From Bacteroidota bacterium (GTDB lineage Bacteria; Bacteroidota; Bacteroidia; Bacteroidales; JAHJDW01): 62,812 bases of DNA. Below, in pieces: positions 60,488 to 62,812 of the stretch; position 1 is the first letter of the stretch; each line of letters opens with the position of its first letter. Location: NCBI GenBank assembly GCA_037139195.1, contig JBAXGW010000019.1, positions 1 through 62,812 on the forward strand, in the 5' to 3' direction. A model generated the notes under the pieces. It saw only the letters and a program-made list of their open reading frames with translations. It was not told the origin of the DNA and searched no databases. The position numbers and the translations under genes are program-made.

Positions 60488-60691
60488 CATTGTTGTCCGG
60501 AAAAATAATATAAGATTCCTCCCTGCGGTCGGAATGACAATAAGTTGAGGAGAAAAAAGGAGAGAGGGGGTTGTCGGTGGCAAAGCCACCGACAACCCCC
60601 TCTTCCTAACCATAATATATTGATAGTCATTTCGAACGAAGTGAGAAATCTTTGAAGATTTTGTTTCTTAAGTTTTAATCGGACAATATTG
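60488..60691 (-). repeat. Nested-palindromic MITE-like repeat element, copy B, inverted relative to copy A. The central GC hairpin spans 60563-60603.
   Basis: The TIR cattgttgtccgg...atcggacaatattg and both conserved arms match the reverse complement of 2563-2766. The central hairpin has a different sequence but the same structure. Confidence 0.7.
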
Positions 60692-60699
60692 ATTTAATA

Positions 60700-62673
60700 C
60701 TACTTAATATCCTCTTTCTTTTCAGTTTTAACTTCTTTCAGCTCTTTGCTTTTAGGATCCATCATTTCCATTAGTTTTAGCCCCAAAAGTCCATCTATAG
60801 AAGATCCGGAGCCATTTCCTCCGCCAATTAATACATCTGGTATAAGTTTAACATGACCTTTGGAAAGCTCTTCTGTTATTTTGTATTTTGTAAAATTTTC
60901 ACCGCCGAGTGCTTTAACAGCAAGTTCATAAGCTTCAGCAGTAGATTTTCCAATAGATAATATTTTGCCAGCTTCTGCTTCACCAGTAAGTGATATTTGT
61001 TCAGCTTGAGCCGAAGCTTTTAATTTAATAGCAATAGAATCTGCTTCTGCTCTTGCTTTTGTTGATTCAGCCTCGGCATGAGCTCTCATTTTTGTTGCTT
61101 CAGCTTCTGCACTTACAGCTAGTTTAACGCTAGCAGCATCACCTTCCGATTTTTTAACAGTTGCGTTAGCTGTTCGCTCTGCAATTTCAACACTTTGCTG
61201 TGCTTTAACAATGTCCTTTTGCATATCTGCAATTGCAGTTTCTTTTTCCATGCCCTGACGTGTTTCTTGAGCTTGCATTTGAGTGTCATAAGTAATTTTT
61301 TGTTCTTGTGCTAGCTTACGGTCTGTTAAGGTTTTCATTAAAGATTCTGGCGGAACAATATCCCCAATAAGGGTGTCAACTGCATTTACATTGTATTCAT
61401 CTAAAACCTTTTTAATATGCTCTTTTGCGGATATTTGTCTTTCCTTACGAGTACTTAAAAAAGCAATTACATCGCTATCTTGAGCAGAATTTCTAAAATA
61501 ATTTCCAATTGTTGGTTCTAATACCTGAGAAACAAGATTCACCATATTGCCAAATCTAGCAATTACCTTTGGTGCTTCTGTTGTTGGCACATGAATAATT
61601 TGTGAAACATCTAAATTAAAAGGGAATCCATCTTTTGAACGAACAGTGATAGTGGAAAGATTCTTATCGAGATTATGAGCTTCGCTACGTGCACTAGCCC
61701 AATTCAAAACAAGATTTGTAGTTGGAACCAATTCAACTTTCATAATGTATTTGTTGATTGGATATTTGCCAGGTCCAAGTGGCTCTAGCCAAACCCCTTT
61801 AAATCCTTTGTTTACAATATTTCCGTGCTTAAATTCAGTGCCAGTAAGGTCATGCCCTTCTTGACCAATATATGATATTACCACACCCACAAAACCAATT
61901 GCAATTTCAGTCATAGGAATTTCTTCAACTTGAACTGCCCATGGATTTAAATTGTAAGAACCAGCTAATATTACTTGAGGTTGCAAACCTCTGTTTCCTG
62001 AATTTTTTATAAATTGATCAAAATCCTGAAAATTATTATGACCCTCTGTTATTTTTCCAGCAATTTGACCTTCATCAATAGGCAATCCATCTAGAGTTGT
62101 TACTATTCCCACCATACTTTCTTGTATTCGAACCATACTGGTTATCGATACCTGAAAAAGCATTGTGTTAATACGATATGAGCCTGCAGTAATATAAGTA
62201 GTTTGGCGACCACGTTGTCCTCCATTATTTAAGAATTTTTCGGCATCTTGAAAACTGTCGCATTCTGCTCTTTGACCTAATATGTTTCCAGTTGGTATGC
62301 TAGCGCCATCTTTCGCTACTATCAATCCAATGTTTCCTTCAGGGATTATTGTAAATTGTTCCATTGTGATATCAAATTGCCAAACCCATTTGAAAAAGTA
62401 TAGTCCTGGTGCAAGTGTCTTGGCTTGAAAACCTGCTTCTCCAAGTGTTGCAATAATTCTTCCATCAGGTAGTTCTTTGTTATCGCCAAAAAGCACAAAC
62501 TTTTTTGTTACCAAGCCAATTCTGTCTTCGGGAACAATTATCATTCCAAATAAAAAGCGCAAAATAAACTTATATAAGGCAAGACAAATTACTACTAGCA
62601 GTATCCACCAGTAGCTCGTAATAAAATTTGAATCCATGTTTTTATTAATTAAATTTATACTATATTTAGGCAA
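60700..62673 (-). CDS. Flotillin-like SPFH/band-7 domain protein
   Basis: N-terminal TM helices, an SPFH domain and a long C-terminal Ala/Glu/Lys-rich coiled-coil (AEAEATKMRAHAEAESTKARAEADS). Confidence 0.7.
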   Translation of the reverse strand: MPKYSINLINKNMDSNFITSYWWILLVVICLALYKFILRFLFGMIIVPEDRIGLVTKKFVLFGDNKELPDGRIIATLGEAGFQAKTLAPGLYFFKWVWQFDITMEQFTIIPEGNIGLIVAKDGASIPTGNILGQRAECDSFQDAEKFLNNGGQRGRQTTYITAGSYRINTMLFQVSITSMVRIQESMVGIVTTLDGLPIDEGQIAGKITEGHNNFQDFDQFIKNSGNRGLQPQVILAGSYNLNPWAVQVEEIPMTEIAIGFVGVVISYIGQEGHDLTGTEFKHGNIVNKGFKGVWLEPLGPGKYPINKYIMKVELVPTTNLVLNWASARSEAHNLDKNLSTITVRSKDGFPFNLDVSQIIHVPTTEAPKVIARFGNMVNLVSQVLEPTIGNYFRNSAQDSDVIAFLSTRKERQISAKEHIKKVLDEYNVNAVDTLIGDIVPPESLMKTLTDRKLAQEQKITYDTQMQAQETRQGMEKETAIADMQKDIVKAQQSVEIAERTANATVKKSEGDAASVKLAVSAEAEATKMRAHAEAESTKARAEADSIAIKLKASAQAEQISLTGEAEAGKILSIGKSTAEAYELAVKALGGENFTKYKITEELSKGHVKLIPDVLIGGGNGSGSSIDGLLGLKLMEMMDPKSKELKEVKTEKKEDIK

Positions 62674-62761
62674 CTAAGTTAAAGAATTTTATATATAACA
62701 AAAAAAAATTGAATTATTATTTGTGGTTTTCTTATAAATTTCAATTTCAAACAATTTAATT

Positions 62762-62812
62762 CACTATTGTCCGATAAAATATTATTAAACAAAAACTTAA
62801 AAGATTTCTCAC
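62762..62812 (+). repeat. MITE-like repeat element, copy C (5' part only, truncated by the window end), in the same orientation as copy A
   Basis: cactattgtccgataaaa...aaagatttctcac matches the first ~50 bp of copy A. Confidence 0.55.

Overview
The window is a low-GC, Bacteroidota/Flavobacteriia-like chromosomal segment. The lineage call rests on many proteins ending in T9SS Por-secretion C-terminal domains, a TAnnTTTG-type -7 promoter motif, and DUF5606/DUF4468/Omp28-type genes. Housekeeping genes fill most of it: purB, pyrD, carA, carB, purH, pgk, pheS, queA, ispD, rlmN, rnr, nadE, aspartate kinase and rluD. The standout is an accessory redox locus at about 29.1-42.9 kb, made of four parts. 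(a) A small secreted Cys protein and a NapH-like membrane polyferredoxin with an odd periplasmic EFK-repeat/CSGCSGC extension. (b) A nine-gene plus-strand operon: two c-type cytochrome lipoproteins, an outer-membrane beta-barrel, a membrane-anchored heptaheme cytochrome c, a di-heme cytochrome b, a class-I cytochrome c, a dedicated System-II cytochrome-c maturation pair (ResB/CcsA) and an ApbE flavin transferase. (c) Three T9SS-exported DUF2271-like paralogs, each carrying the ApbE flavinylation motif (DATTGAT or DVISGAS). (d) One of these is a 945-aa LamG+DUF2271 protein holding a recent ~1.26-kb in-frame tandem duplication. Together these look like a porin-cytochrome-flavoprotein extracellular electron-transfer module whose terminal flavoproteins use the type IX secretion system. 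A PqqD-like (RiPP recognition element) / ATP-grasp / Orn-DAP-type PLP decarboxylase cassette with no evident precursor peptide sits immediately upstream. Other features: a ~204-bp nested-palindromic MITE-like repeat family with three copies, two flanking the flotillin gene in inverted orientation, whose central GC-rich hairpin varies by compensatory change; a second REP-like ~95-bp repeat in direct copies flanking a stand-alone PASTA gene; and a 10-unit, 21-bp tandem array upstream of purH. No tRNA, rRNA, CRISPR, integrase or prophage signal was recognised.
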